NCBI GenBank assembly: GCA_964456225.1
Contig: CAYWAV010000001.1
Location: 24,453-88,452 of the forward strand
Reading direction: 5' to 3'
DNA from: an uncultured Chitinophaga sp.
GTDB lineage: Bacteria > Bacteroidota > Bacteroidia > 2-12-FULL-35-15
Length of the DNA stretch: 64,000 bases
Part shown: positions 1-9,966 of the stretch, one piece after another
How the letters are laid out: each line of letters begins with the position of its first letter
How positions within the stretch are numbered: the first letter of the stretch is position 1
The notes under the pieces: generated by a model
What the model saw: the letters and a program-made list of their open reading frames with translations, nothing else
Told to the model about the DNA's origin: nothing
Database searches by the model: none
Translations under genes and position numbers: made by a program

Positions 1-319
1 ATACTTTTGCATTGATAAAATATTGGGCGAATACAGCAACTAAATTAACAAATTGAAGATGTGAGTATACAACATCTATTTTGTTTTTTTTACAAAATTT
101 TATCAGATACAACCAATGCTTAATATGATAAGATAATTTATTTCCTTTCAGAACAATAGTTTCTATTTGAGCGCCAAATGCTTTCATCTTTGAATGCAAT
201 ATTCCTTCTTCACATGTTGTAAGAAAATAAACAGTGTGACCTTTTTCTACGAATGCTTCCACAAGCGATTCTATAAAAACAGTGTGATGGGGATTCTGAT
301 AATATAAAAGTATGTTCAC
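1..319 (-). CDS. Glycosyltransferase (GT-B, GT4/GT1-like), N-terminal fragment; the 3-prime part lies beyond the window start
   Basis: Manual minus-strand translation from GTG at 319-317 gives VNILLYYQNPHHTVFIESLVEAFVEKGHTVYFLTTCEEG...KIDVVYSHLQFVNLVAVF, which resembles the N-terminal Rossmann half of retaining GT-B enzymes. The start directly abuts the TAA stop (320-322) of the upstream gene. It is absent from the ORF track because it is truncated. Confidence 0.5.
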   Translation of the reverse strand, partial: MNILLYYQNPHHTVFIESLVEAFVEKGHTVYFLTTCEEGILHSKMKAFGAQIETIVLKGNKLSYHIKHWLYLIKFCKKNKIDVVYSHLQFVNLVAVFAQYFINAKV

Positions 320-1090
320 TTAGTTTGGTTTAAATTCTACATCAAATAATAAAGTATGCTCGCAAAATGTATTTTTTGAAATAGGTTTCCCATTGTGATG
401 AATTTGCAAGTTGTACAGAATCAGCTGTTCCCAGATTTGTTCCAAAGAGTGTCCAAATTGCTTTATGTTTTCAGGGTGCAGGGCTAAAATTCCAATAGGG
501 AAGTCTAGTTCAAAAGTTTTTTTTGCTCCTTTTAGCGCAAGTAATTCTGCTCCTTCAACATCTATTTTTAAAACATCTATTTTTAATCTATGCTGTTGTC
601 TGAAATCATCAATGCTGTATGCCCGCACTTCTAAATTGTTCTTTGCTCTGTTTATTTCCACAATGCTATTTGCATTTGACCCTTCGCCATCATCAGACGT
701 AAGGTTGAAAGTAATTGTTCCACTTTTATCACTTATTGCTGCATTCACAGCCTGAACATTTTTATGCTTATTGAGTTCAATTGTTTTTTTTAAAATATTA
801 AAAGTAGAAGGGGTAGGTTCAAAGCAAAATACTTTTCCATCCTCTCCAGTTAACTCTGCGAATGGTGAAGAGTACAAGCCAATGTGTGCCCCGATATCCA
901 ATATCGTATTGTTTTTTTTGATCTCTTTTTTAAAAAAAGAAAAACTATCCTTTTCATAATTACCAAGATAGTATCTTGACCATTGTGCTGGAAAGCGGAC
1001 AACAAAACCGTTAATATTCCTTGGTACTCCTTTCTGAAAAGTAAAAATATCAAGTAAATAATAAAAAACAGAATGTATGATTTTTTTCAT
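320..1090 (-). CDS. FkbM-family SAM-dependent methyltransferase
   Basis: 256-aa ORF with FkbM-type blocks LDIGAHIGLYS, VFCFEPTPSTF, TITFNL and IDVLKIDVEGAELLAL. Confidence 0.85.
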   Translation of the reverse strand: MKKIIHSVFYYLLDIFTFQKGVPRNINGFVVRFPAQWSRYYLGNYEKDSFSFFKKEIKKNNTILDIGAHIGLYSSPFAELTGEDGKVFCFEPTPSTFNILKKTIELNKHKNVQAVNAAISDKSGTITFNLTSDDGEGSNANSIVEINRAKNNLEVRAYSIDDFRQQHRLKIDVLKIDVEGAELLALKGAKKTFELDFPIGILALHPENIKQFGHSLEQIWEQLILYNLQIHHNGKPISKNTFCEHTLLFDVEFKPN

Positions 1091-1105
1091 GTTTGTATAG
1101 TAACA

Positions 1106-2125
1106 TTATAAAAATACCGAAGTGTTATTTCTTTTTTTCCAGTTTCGTTTTATTCTTCTGTAAGCACCCAAAATATAGGTAAAATAGAATACTGTTTTAC
1201 TCGAAAAATTGTTTATTAGAAATCTGAAATTGAAACTATCCGATTGTTCTTTATATAATTCTAATATTTCTTTCGCTGTTTCCTTGCGAATCTTTCCATC
1301 GTGATATTCTCTGATAGTTTGAATTATAGCCTTTGAAATCTCTTCATTAAGATAATTAGTCGCCTGAGTTTTAGAAATGCTTATCGCGTCAAGAAGTTCC
1401 TGATCATTAATAACAGTGTTGTGTTTTATGATTCTCTGTTTTTGGTGTAAAATGTGTTGTTCAATATACTTTTCTTTTGCTTCCCCTGCTCTTTCATGAA
1501 AACGTATCGCGGATAATATTTCATTGCAATATGCAACATTTCCATATTTAAGCAATTGTATTCCCATGATCCAGTCGGTTGCAATAATGTTCTTTGTAAA
1601 ACCAATCTTTTTATACAATTCATGGCGGATAACGGCTCCAATAATCCAGTACTCTGAATGGTTATACATTCTTTTGGCAATTTTTGTTTTGTCATATATT
1701 CCTGTGGCAAGCTTAGAACTACGTACTATCGAAATTCTTTTACCATGCGCATCGATAATATTACTTTCACAATATGAAAAGGATAGATGCTTGTTTTCTA
1801 GCAGTGGTTGAATAGATTTAGCAATGCATTCGGGATAAATGAGATCATCCGAACTTAAAAATGAAATATATTCTCCTTTCGCTTTACTAGCAGAAAAAGT
1901 AAAATGATCAATGATGCTTAAATGATGTTCAGGCATTATTATTTTAAGCTTATCATTAGAGTACTCCTGTAATATTTGTTGAGTTTCATTAGTTGAATGA
2001 TTATTTGAAACAATGATCTCAATGTTACTGTATGTTTGATTTAGAGCACTCTCTAAACTCATTCGTAAATATTCAGATTGCTGATTATAGACTGGTATAA
2101 TAATACTAACTAATGGTAAACTCAT
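1106..2125 (-). CDS. Family 2 (GT-A) glycosyltransferase
   Basis: 339-aa ORF. The N-terminus VSIIIPVYNQ...ALNQTYSNIEIIVSNNHSTNET plus SSDDL (DxD-like) is typical of GT2. Confidence 0.85.
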   Translation of the reverse strand: MSLPLVSIIIPVYNQQSEYLRMSLESALNQTYSNIEIIVSNNHSTNETQQILQEYSNDKLKIIMPEHHLSIIDHFTFSASKAKGEYISFLSSDDLIYPECIAKSIQPLLENKHLSFSYCESNIIDAHGKRISIVRSSKLATGIYDKTKIAKRMYNHSEYWIIGAVIRHELYKKIGFTKNIIATDWIMGIQLLKYGNVAYCNEILSAIRFHERAGEAKEKYIEQHILHQKQRIIKHNTVINDQELLDAISISKTQATNYLNEEISKAIIQTIREYHDGKIRKETAKEILELYKEQSDSFNFRFLINNFSSKTVFYFTYILGAYRRIKRNWKKRNNTSVFL

Positions 2126-3636
2126 ACTGATTTTTTAAATTTTACTTTCATTACAAACGCTCGTAATTCAGGAATAATAATGATATAAATTAATGATATG
2201 AAAAGTAATAATAAAATGAAATAAATTATTGAAATATTGGGCATAAACTGAAGTTGAATATATTTAGCTCCGATTGCTAATATGCCTGCACTCATTAATG
2301 GCAAAGCAATGTCATTTTTATACCAATTAAATAATTCGCCTTTAAGAAATAATCGATGGAAAATCGGTATAGAAATTAAAACATATCCTGCATTTACAAT
2401 TAGCCAAACAAAACTTGCTCCTAAAGCACCATGTTTTGTGGTTAGCCAAAATAAAAGGGGAACTAAAACAATAACTGCAATCAAGTTTTGGTAAATAGTA
2501 AATCTTGTTTTTCCTTTAGCTAACATATAGAAGTAAGGTGTCCACATCATACAATTGCAAATAGTTCCTGCGGCACATACTCTTAAAATGGGAGCAGTAT
2601 TCATTGTAAGTACTAGATTTTTTGTCCAATGCATAAGTAGTTCTTCTCCAAAAGCAATTAAAGTAAAACCAATTGGGAATACAAGTATGGCAATCCAGCG
2701 GCAGCTTTTATGATATAATGTTATCAGTTCAGTTTCTCTGCTTTGTGCAACCAAAGCAGCTAATTTTGGGAAAATAACCGGTTGCATAGGTGAAATAAGC
2801 TGACTTATACCTCCTGCAAGTAAAAATGCTAGATTGTAATAACCAACATACTCCAACAATACTATTTTGCTTACTACAATCTTATCGATTTCCGTTATAA
2901 AAAAAGTAATCAATGAAATCCCTGTCATACCTGCTGCAAAACGCCAAATCGTCTTTAGTTGCTCTTTTGAAAATACGGCTCTTTCTTTTGTAATAGATAG
3001 TTTTTTCCATACAAAAAAGCGAAGTGAGATAGTCAGTAGAAAAATGATAAGTACCTGCCATAAAAAATAACATTCTATTGTAGGAGCAACTAATTTTAGA
3101 ATGGCGATAACGCCTACAGCTTTTAAGATAGTAAATATTACATTTATTATTGCATTTGGAATTTGCTTTTCTAGGCCTGTCATAACACCATTATATATGC
3201 TGGAAGGGAATTGAAATGCGAAAACCACTCCCATCAGCATCACGGCATTTTCTATTACATCTACTTGAAGATCTTTAGCTTTTACCCAGTACAATGCAAT
3301 AGGATGTGCAAGTATAATGATAAGGAAGCCTACAAGAAGTCCAATACACCAATATATAATTTCAACAGAAAGAACAAGGTCTTTCATTTCCTTTTCTTTT
3401 CCTTGCTGAACTTGTAATATTGCTATTTGTCTGCTTATTGCAGTACTTAATCCAAGGTCAAGTATTGCCAAGGAGCTTGCTAGTGTCGCATAAAAAGCCA
3501 CCAGCCCATAACTCTCTGCACCAATTATTTTTACGTAAATTGGAACAAAGATTATTCCGACTATTGCAATAGTAATTCTACTGAATAGTGTTATGGATAT
3601 CTTTGAAATGCTAGATTGGAGATTAAAGCGAGCCAA
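2122..3636 (-). CDS. wzx: Polysaccharide/O-unit flippase (MOP/PST family, Wzx-like)
   Basis: 504-aa ORF with many hydrophobic helices throughout. It sits inside a glycan locus and overlaps the downstream GT2 start by 4 nt. Confidence 0.75.
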   Translation of the reverse strand: MARFNLQSSISKISITLFSRITIAIVGIIFVPIYVKIIGAESYGLVAFYATLASSLAILDLGLSTAISRQIAILQVQQGKEKEMKDLVLSVEIIYWCIGLLVGFLIIILAHPIALYWVKAKDLQVDVIENAVMLMGVVFAFQFPSSIYNGVMTGLEKQIPNAIINVIFTILKAVGVIAILKLVAPTIECYFLWQVLIIFLLTISLRFFVWKKLSITKERAVFSKEQLKTIWRFAAGMTGISLITFFITEIDKIVVSKIVLLEYVGYYNLAFLLAGGISQLISPMQPVIFPKLAALVAQSRETELITLYHKSCRWIAILVFPIGFTLIAFGEELLMHWTKNLVLTMNTAPILRVCAAGTICNCMMWTPYFYMLAKGKTRFTIYQNLIAVIVLVPLLFWLTTKHGALGASFVWLIVNAGYVLISIPIFHRLFLKGELFNWYKNDIALPLMSAGILAIGAKYIQLQFMPNISIIYFILLLLFISLIYIIIIPELRAFVMKVKFKKSV

Positions 3637-3640
3637 TTTT

Positions 3641-4375
3641 TTATTTTATACGTTTCAAATAACCATCCGGAGCAACACTAATCATAAGTTTGTTGTTCAA
3701 CGTTTGATCTATTGTAAAAGAATCATTTTTTTTTAAAAATTCCCATACAGCAGTTTTGGGATTGTTTCCGACATCCCATGGTCTATTCTCAAAAAACTTT
3801 TCTGGCATGTCTTCTACAAATGTGTCCAATACTACTAAATAACTGTCTTTACTAACAAGTGGAGAATAAAGTTCAAGTTCTTGTAAAACATGATCATGTG
3901 TGTGGTTAGAATCTAGGCAAACCATTATTTTTTTATAATTTTTACTCAACTCTTTTACTTTAGCTACTAATTCAGGATCAATAGAAGAGCCTTCAATCAT
4001 TGTAATTCTTTTTGCCATTGGATGACTTTCAATTTCTTTACGATTGTGCTCCCGTATGTCTATGTCAATAGCAATTACAATTCTATCTCCACCAAGTAAT
4101 TCAAGCATGGATGAGCTAAAAATAATAGATCCGCCATGTGCAATGCCTGTTTCAATAATTACATCTGGTTTAATTTCCATAATAATTTCTTGCAAGGCCA
4201 TAATGTCTTCTGGAAATTGAATAATAGGTCTTCCCATCCATGAAAAATTATACACATAATTTTTTTTCATGCTTTTTTCCACCCATTGTTTTGAAATGTG
4301 TTTTAACTCAGTTTCCTTTTCATAAGAGGCAACACGATCATTCACTTCTTTTTTAAATTGTTCTACAGGATTCAT
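3641..4375 (-). CDS. CmcI / cephalosporin-hydroxylase-family methyltransferase (sugar O-methyltransferase-like)
   Basis: 244-aa ORF. The pattern FSWMGRPIIQFPEDI...KPDVIIETGIAHGGS matches the CmcI family as I recall it. Confidence 0.75.
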   Translation of the reverse strand: MNPVEQFKKEVNDRVASYEKETELKHISKQWVEKSMKKNYVYNFSWMGRPIIQFPEDIMALQEIIMEIKPDVIIETGIAHGGSIIFSSSMLELLGGDRIVIAIDIDIREHNRKEIESHPMAKRITMIEGSSIDPELVAKVKELSKNYKKIMVCLDSNHTHDHVLQELELYSPLVSKDSYLVVLDTFVEDMPEKFFENRPWDVGNNPKTAVWEFLKKNDSFTIDQTLNNKLMISVAPDGYLKRIK

Positions 4376-5253
4376 AATTGGATAATTTGTGAAATTGTTA
4401 ATTTGTCTAAAACATACTTAGGCACATATCCTAATTGAGATTGCGCTTTTTTTATTGAAATTATGCTGTGCATTGGCGGTGCACTTTTCTTAAATGAATC
4501 TGAAGAAATTTTTAAATAATCCAACCAGTTCTTAATGCTATAGCTTTTTCCACTACAAATATTAAAGATTCCGCTTTGCTTTGATTGTGTTGCACTCAAT
4601 AGAATACCATCAATTGCATCTTCAATATATACATATCCTTTTGTATCTAATACATTTTGAGTGTGTGTGAATGATTTTTTTTCGATTGCATGCCGGAGCA
4701 TTAGTTTTAAAAAAGTAGAATCATCTAAGTCAGCTGTTGTGTATTTCCCAAAAAGATTAGATAAACGACAAATAATTACTTTATAGGGACAATTTTTTGA
4801 AAAATTTAATGCAACTGATTCGGTTAACATTTTTGTTCCATTGTATACAAAATCGATATCGAGATGGCTTTTTCCTGAAGTTAAAAGAGGGTCAGTTTCC
4901 AAAAATTCAACGGTAGAGTCTTTAGTGAATCCATAAATGCGAGATGAACTTAGCAACACAAACGTTCTTTTTATTGTCACATTTTCAAAAATAAATTGGT
5001 TGACAGAAAGGTTGGAGCTTACAGTTTCCCATATTTGTGTTTTAAAATCTCCTGTATTTCCAGAGCAGTTAAATACATAATCAAATGTTTGCCCCTTAAT
5101 GTTTGGCAATGTTGAACGGTTGAATGTGCAAATTTCAAACGCATGCTCCGTGTTTAGTTTTTCAAGCGAAGCAACTAAATTTCTTCCGACATATCCCATG
5201 CCGACTACGCCAATTTTTGTATTTTTAAATTTGGAAAAAAGTACAGTATTCAT
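4372..5253 (-). CDS. NAD(P)-dependent extended SDR (epimerase/dehydratase family), likely the NDP-4-keto-sugar reductase of the pathway
   Basis: 293-aa ORF with a Rossmann loop VGMGYVGRNL and a YxxxK motif (YNGTK). It overlaps the downstream gene by 4 nt and lies between sugar-modifying genes. Confidence 0.6.
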   Translation of the reverse strand: MNTVLFSKFKNTKIGVVGMGYVGRNLVASLEKLNTEHAFEICTFNRSTLPNIKGQTFDYVFNCSGNTGDFKTQIWETVSSNLSVNQFIFENVTIKRTFVLLSSSRIYGFTKDSTVEFLETDPLLTSGKSHLDIDFVYNGTKMLTESVALNFSKNCPYKVIICRLSNLFGKYTTADLDDSTFLKLMLRHAIEKKSFTHTQNVLDTKGYVYIEDAIDGILLSATQSKQSGIFNICSGKSYSIKNWLDYLKISSDSFKKSAPPMHSIISIKKAQSQLGYVPKYVLDKLTISQIIQL

Positions 5254-5284
5254 TTATCTAAGTCCTATTTTTTTCTCTGCTTTT

Positions 5285-6337
5285 TTATAATCCGTCTATT
5301 GGATGGTGTAATTTAGGGTTTTTATTTACGATGTATTTTGGACTTACATTGGTGCAAATTTTAAATAAGTTATTATCTATTAAACTTAAATTTTTTATTG
5401 CTAGCATGTTGAATCCATGTTTAGGCCCTTCAATATATGTTTCAGAAGATGGGATTAGTTCAATAGGTGTGTTTTTCATATCATAGTTGCCTTGAAAGTC
5501 TCTTATTGAAAAAACGGTGTATCCTGTATCTTTTAGAAGTTTTACTATGGGCGTGTTATCCAAACCATTTGACCAATCAACATATAAACTATGAATTTCA
5601 AAAACAATATTTGGATAATTATTGTCTTTCTTCAATTGTTGTTGTGCACCGAGAAGAATATTGTATTCAGCTCCTTCAACATCTAGCATAATTAAGTCTA
5701 CATTTTCAATTGTATTTGCAGAGAGGTACTCATCAATAGTTATAGTGTTTGAGTGGGTTATATCAACTGCTGGAGTGGCAAATGCTAAATCATCAGAGTC
5801 AGATAGGTTTAAAAAAGTTTTTGAATCATTCCAAAGCCCTTTTTTTACAGAATTTATATTATTTAAATTATTTAATGCGGCATTTTCGTTTAATATTTCA
5901 ATTTGCTTGTTATTTAAATCAAATGCATGAACTTTTCCATCGGTATGTTTTATAGAATTAGCTATTGGTATAACTTGATCGCCAAAATAAGCACCTCCTA
6001 CAATTATATTTTTAGCATTTTTAGATAAATAAATCAATAGTTTTGTTGTTTGTGGTTCCCATGCAAATTCAGGGATCGTTGGTGCCGACATTAAAAACTC
6101 TCTTGCAATTTTAGACCCAATTCCTGTATAAAATTTATATTTCAGACCATTGGAAACAGATTTTATTACGAAGTCGTTTTCTTCAAATAATCCATCTACT
6201 AAGTGCTTGGTAACCTCTTCGCGAATATTGCCTTCATAGGCTATGTTGGTTTCTACATTTTTTATAAATTCTATAAATTTATTACGAAGGTTTTCATCTT
6301 TCCCAATTATTCTAAGCGATTTTTCTATATTTCCCAT
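5285..6337 (-). CDS. FkbM-family methyltransferase with an N-terminal extension of about 100 aa
   Basis: 350-aa ORF. The C-terminal two-thirds carry IIVGGAYFGDQ, KVHAFD, ITIDEY and VDLIMLDVEGAEYNILLGA. Confidence 0.7.
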   Translation of the reverse strand: MGNIEKSLRIIGKDENLRNKFIEFIKNVETNIAYEGNIREEVTKHLVDGLFEENDFVIKSVSNGLKYKFYTGIGSKIAREFLMSAPTIPEFAWEPQTTKLLIYLSKNAKNIIVGGAYFGDQVIPIANSIKHTDGKVHAFDLNNKQIEILNENAALNNLNNINSVKKGLWNDSKTFLNLSDSDDLAFATPAVDITHSNTITIDEYLSANTIENVDLIMLDVEGAEYNILLGAQQQLKKDNNYPNIVFEIHSLYVDWSNGLDNTPIVKLLKDTGYTVFSIRDFQGNYDMKNTPIELIPSSETYIEGPKHGFNMLAIKNLSLIDNNLFKICTNVSPKYIVNKNPKLHHPIDGL

Positions 6338-6351
6338 TTTAAATTGTTATT

Positions 6352-7581
6352 TTAACTAAATATTTTTAAATTTGGAATAGTTACAACAAACATCCCTCCC
6401 CATTCTTTTATATATGCCAATTGTTCTGTGATTTCTTCTTTTATATTCCAAGGCAATATCAATACATAATCTGGTTTTTCAGTTTTTAAACACTCTTCAT
6501 TCATAACAGGAATATGACTTGCAGGTAAATGTTTCCCTTGCTTGTGCGGATTCGCATCAACAACAAAATTAATTAAATCATTTTTTATTCCACAGTAATT
6601 TAACAATGTATTTCCTTTAGCAGCAGCTCCGTAAGCAACAACTTTTTTGCCATTTTTTTTTTGTTCTAACAAAAAAAGCAAGACTTCTGTTTTTATTTTT
6701 TCTGCACGCTGTTGAAACCCTTTGTAATAGTCTAATTTGTTTATTCCTTTTTTGATTTCTTTTTCTAATAATCTACTTACGTTGATAGAAATGTTTTGTG
6801 TCTTGTTTACTTTGTGTTTTGCGTAAATTCTTAAAGAACCACCATGTGTTGGTAATTCATCTACATCGAATAACTCAAGCTCTGCATTTTCAAAAATTTG
6901 TTTTACTGTATAACAAGATAAATATGAAAAGTGTTCGTGATAAATAGTATCAAACTGATTGTGGTCGATCAACTGCATTAAATGAGGAAATTCCATGGTG
7001 ATAATACCATTCGGTTTCAAAAGTAACTTCATCCCATTTACAAAATCAATAATGTCAGGAACGTGCGCCAAGACATTGTTTCCTAAAAGTAAATCCGCTG
7101 TTTGGTTTTTTGCAACAAGATCTTTTGCTAATCGAGTTCCCATAAAATCAATAACACTATCAATTCCTTTTCCTTTTGCTGCGGCTGCTGTATTTGCTGT
7201 CGGTTCAATACCAAGTACTGGAATGTTCTTTTCTTTGAAATATTGTAGTAAATAACCATCGTTACTAGCAATTTCAATCACTTGTGATTTGGAGTTGAAT
7301 CCAAATCGGGCAATCATTAATTCGGCATATTTTTTTGCATGTGCTAACCAACTTGTTGAATAAGATGAAAAATAAACATAACTATTGTCAAAGATGGCAT
7401 CTGATTTTTTGTATTCATCAATTTGAACCAAAAAACATTTTTCACATACAAACACTTTTAAAGGAAAAAACACTTCAGGTTCATTTAATTGCTCTTTGCT
7501 TAGAAACGAATTTGATGCAGGAGAATTTATTAAGTCAATAAATTGATGGGTTACAGTATGTTTGCAAAATCGACAATTCAT
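6352..7581 (-). CDS. NDP-hexose C-methyltransferase (TylCIII-like, class I SAM-dependent)
   Basis: 409-aa ORF with an N-terminal zinc-ribbon-like CRFC...CEKC, a SAM fold VIEIASNDGYLL, and a C-terminal C-methyltransferase-type block VVAYGAAAKGNTLLNY. Confidence 0.8.
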   Translation of the reverse strand: MNCRFCKHTVTHQFIDLINSPASNSFLSKEQLNEPEVFFPLKVFVCEKCFLVQIDEYKKSDAIFDNSYVYFSSYSTSWLAHAKKYAELMIARFGFNSKSQVIEIASNDGYLLQYFKEKNIPVLGIEPTANTAAAAKGKGIDSVIDFMGTRLAKDLVAKNQTADLLLGNNVLAHVPDIIDFVNGMKLLLKPNGIITMEFPHLMQLIDHNQFDTIYHEHFSYLSCYTVKQIFENAELELFDVDELPTHGGSLRIYAKHKVNKTQNISINVSRLLEKEIKKGINKLDYYKGFQQRAEKIKTEVLLFLLEQKKNGKKVVAYGAAAKGNTLLNYCGIKNDLINFVVDANPHKQGKHLPASHIPVMNEECLKTEKPDYVLILPWNIKEEITEQLAYIKEWGGMFVVTIPNLKIFS

Positions 7582-8129
7582 AATTCGAGTCCTTTAAAAT
7601 CGTTATTCAACAATGGATGTGATTGGTCTCTTTCTGAAATTTCAATTGGCAGTAGTGGCCAGTTAATGTTTATTTTTTTGTCATCATATTTAATTCCCGC
7701 TTCTATTTCAGGTTTATAGAGGGCAGTATGATGATAAATTAACTCACAATGATCACTTAACGTTTGAAAGCCATGTGCAAATCCTTCTGGTATATACATC
7801 ATTTTTTTATTTTCGGCAGACAATTCAGTGCCAACAGCTTTTAAAAATGTGGGTGAATTTTTTCTTAAATCAATAACTACATCGTGAATTGCACCAACAA
7901 TGCATCGCACCATTTTAATTTCAGAATAGGGTGGGAGCTGGTAATGCATTCCTCTGATACTGCCTTTTTTGTATGTAACCGAATGATTCAATTGCAACCA
8001 TTCTTTTTGATGTCCTATTTGTGAAAATTCTTCTTTGCAAAATGTACGCGAAAACGAACCTCTTGAATCCATGCGTGGTTCTAAGCTGATGATGTATGAT
8101 CCTTTTAATATGGTTTCTTTAAATATCAA
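7578..8129 (-). CDS. NDP-4-keto-6-deoxyhexose 3,5-epimerase (RmlC-like cupin)
   Basis: 183-aa ORF with RmlC-family blocks GSIRGMHYQ and IPEGFAHGFQTLS. It overlaps both neighbouring genes by 4 nt. Confidence 0.8.
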   Translation of the reverse strand: MIFKETILKGSYIISLEPRMDSRGSFSRTFCKEEFSQIGHQKEWLQLNHSVTYKKGSIRGMHYQLPPYSEIKMVRCIVGAIHDVVIDLRKNSPTFLKAVGTELSAENKKMMYIPEGFAHGFQTLSDHCELIYHHTALYKPEIEAGIKYDDKKININWPLLPIEISERDQSHPLLNNDFKGLEL

Positions 8130-9226
8130 GTCCTGAAATTATTCAATTGCGTATAAGTAAATTCTTTTTGTTTTGCAGGAGCTTGTTTATACCAAGCTAT
8201 TGTGTTTTCTACTGCTTCAATAGGAGTATATCTCGGTTTCCATCCGAGTTTAGTTATTGCTTTGTTAATGTTCAACTGAAGTAAAGTTGCTTCATGTGGC
8301 TGATTTTTTAAGCTAAGTGTTTCATATGATCCACTGCCCCAACTTTTGATAGCCACTTCTACAATGTTTTTTACTGTTAAATTGTCGTTAGCAGTTGGGC
8401 CAAAATTCCATGCACCAGAAAAGGCCGTGGCATTTTCATGAAGATTTTTTGCCAATAGTAAATAAGCAGATATGGGTTCCAAAACATGTTGCCATGGACG
8501 AGTGGCATTTGGGTTTCGCACGTTTATTTTTTCCCCTTTCACTAATGCTTGTATGATATCAGGAATAATTCTGTCTTTACTCCAATCGCCTCCACCAATA
8601 ACATTACCAGATCGGCAAGTCGCAATTGCTTTTTGATGGAGTGAATAGTTACTTAGATTAAAAAAGGAATTTTGATAGCTATCTGTTATTAATTCTGCAG
8701 CTGCTTTACTTGCGCTATAAGGGTCGTGTCCTCCCAAACGATCTTCTTCAGAATATATATGAGTCGTCTCTTGATTTCTGTATACTTTATCTGTGGTAAT
8801 AATTAGAACCGAACATTTTTTATTTAAATCTCTTAGTGCATCCAAAAGATTAGCTGTTCCCATTGCATTTGTTTCAAAAGTTGTGAGTGGTTCATCGTAT
8901 GATGCTCGAACCAACGGCTGTGCTGCAAAATGAAAGATAATATCAGGTTGAAATGCAATCAGCTCTTTTTTTATTTTGTCTTTATCACGGATATCTGCAT
9001 AAACAGAATCGCAAATAGAATTTCCACCAATTATGTTATATATGTCATTTATATTTTTAGGAGGCAATGCATAACCTTTTACAATGGCATTCATGGAATT
9101 GAGCCAAGCCAACATCCAAGAGCCTTTAAATCCTGTATGCCCAGTAAGAAAAATTTTTTTATTTAAGTAAAAAGTATTTAAAGTAGCACCTACCATGTTT
9201 TCCATGCAGCCTGATTTGTATCCCAA
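8126..9226 (-). CDS. rfbG: CDP-glucose 4,6-dehydratase
   Basis: 366-aa ORF with KIFLTGHTGFKGSWM and an extended-SDR YSASK motif. It lies immediately downstream of rfbF. Candidate ATGs at 9226, 9205 and 9196 all overlap the rfbF 3-prime end, so the start is uncertain. Confidence 0.85.
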   Translation of the reverse strand: MGYKSGCMENMVGATLNTFYLNKKIFLTGHTGFKGSWMLAWLNSMNAIVKGYALPPKNINDIYNIIGGNSICDSVYADIRDKDKIKKELIAFQPDIIFHFAAQPLVRASYDEPLTTFETNAMGTANLLDALRDLNKKCSVLIITTDKVYRNQETTHIYSEEDRLGGHDPYSASKAAAELITDSYQNSFFNLSNYSLHQKAIATCRSGNVIGGGDWSKDRIIPDIIQALVKGEKINVRNPNATRPWQHVLEPISAYLLLAKNLHENATAFSGAWNFGPTANDNLTVKNIVEVAIKSWGSGSYETLSLKNQPHEATLLQLNINKAITKLGWKPRYTPIEAVENTIAWYKQAPAKQKEFTYTQLNNFRT

Positions 9227-9966
9227 AGGTTTTCTAGTTCCATTTTATCTCGCATCGCATCCATGCATTTCCAAAATCCTTTGTGTTTGTACGTTGCAAG
9301 TTGACCATCAGTTGCAATTTTTCCTAATGGTACCATTTCAAATTGAATAGCATTCATATCGCCTTGTAGGTACTCAAATATTTTCGGTTCAAGAACAAAA
9401 AAGCCTCCGTTTATCCAAACACCATCACCTTCAGGTTTTTCCTGAAACTTTTGTACTATTCCTTTCTCATCAGATTGAATACTTCCATATCTTCCAGGAA
9501 GCTGAACGCTTGTAACAGTTGCTAGTTTGCCATTTTTTTTGTGAAATGCTACCAATCCATTGATGTCAATATTAGCAACACCATCGCCATAAGTCAACAT
9601 AAAGGTTTCATTTTTTACGTACTTCTCAATTTGCTTGATTCTTCCCGCAGTATTAGTTTCTAGTCCAGTATCTACTAATGTTACCCTAAATGATTCAGAA
9701 TTTGAAAAGTGCACATCTATTTTATTGTTCCCAACTTCAACAGAAATATCCGAATTGTATAAAAAATAGTTGATAAAATATTCTTTGATAATATGTCCTT
9801 TATAACCGCAACAAACAACAAAATCATTATGCCCAAATTGCGCATAAATTTTCATGATATGCCAAATAACTGGCTTTCCGCCAATTTCTACCATTGGCTT
9901 TGGTTTTAAATGCGATTCTTCAGAAATACGAGTACCCATACCACCTGCTAAGATGACTACTTTCAT
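9190..9966 (-). CDS. rfbF: Glucose-1-phosphate cytidylyltransferase
   Basis: 258-aa ORF. MKVVILAGGMGTRISEES..KPKPMVEIGGKPVIWHIM is typical of RfbF/DdhA. Confidence 0.9.
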   Translation of the reverse strand: MKVVILAGGMGTRISEESHLKPKPMVEIGGKPVIWHIMKIYAQFGHNDFVVCCGYKGHIIKEYFINYFLYNSDISVEVGNNKIDVHFSNSESFRVTLVDTGLETNTAGRIKQIEKYVKNETFMLTYGDGVANIDINGLVAFHKKNGKLATVTSVQLPGRYGSIQSDEKGIVQKFQEKPEGDGVWINGGFFVLEPKIFEYLQGDMNAIQFEMVPLGKIATDGQLATYKHKGFWKCMDAMRDKMELENLWDTNQAAWKTW

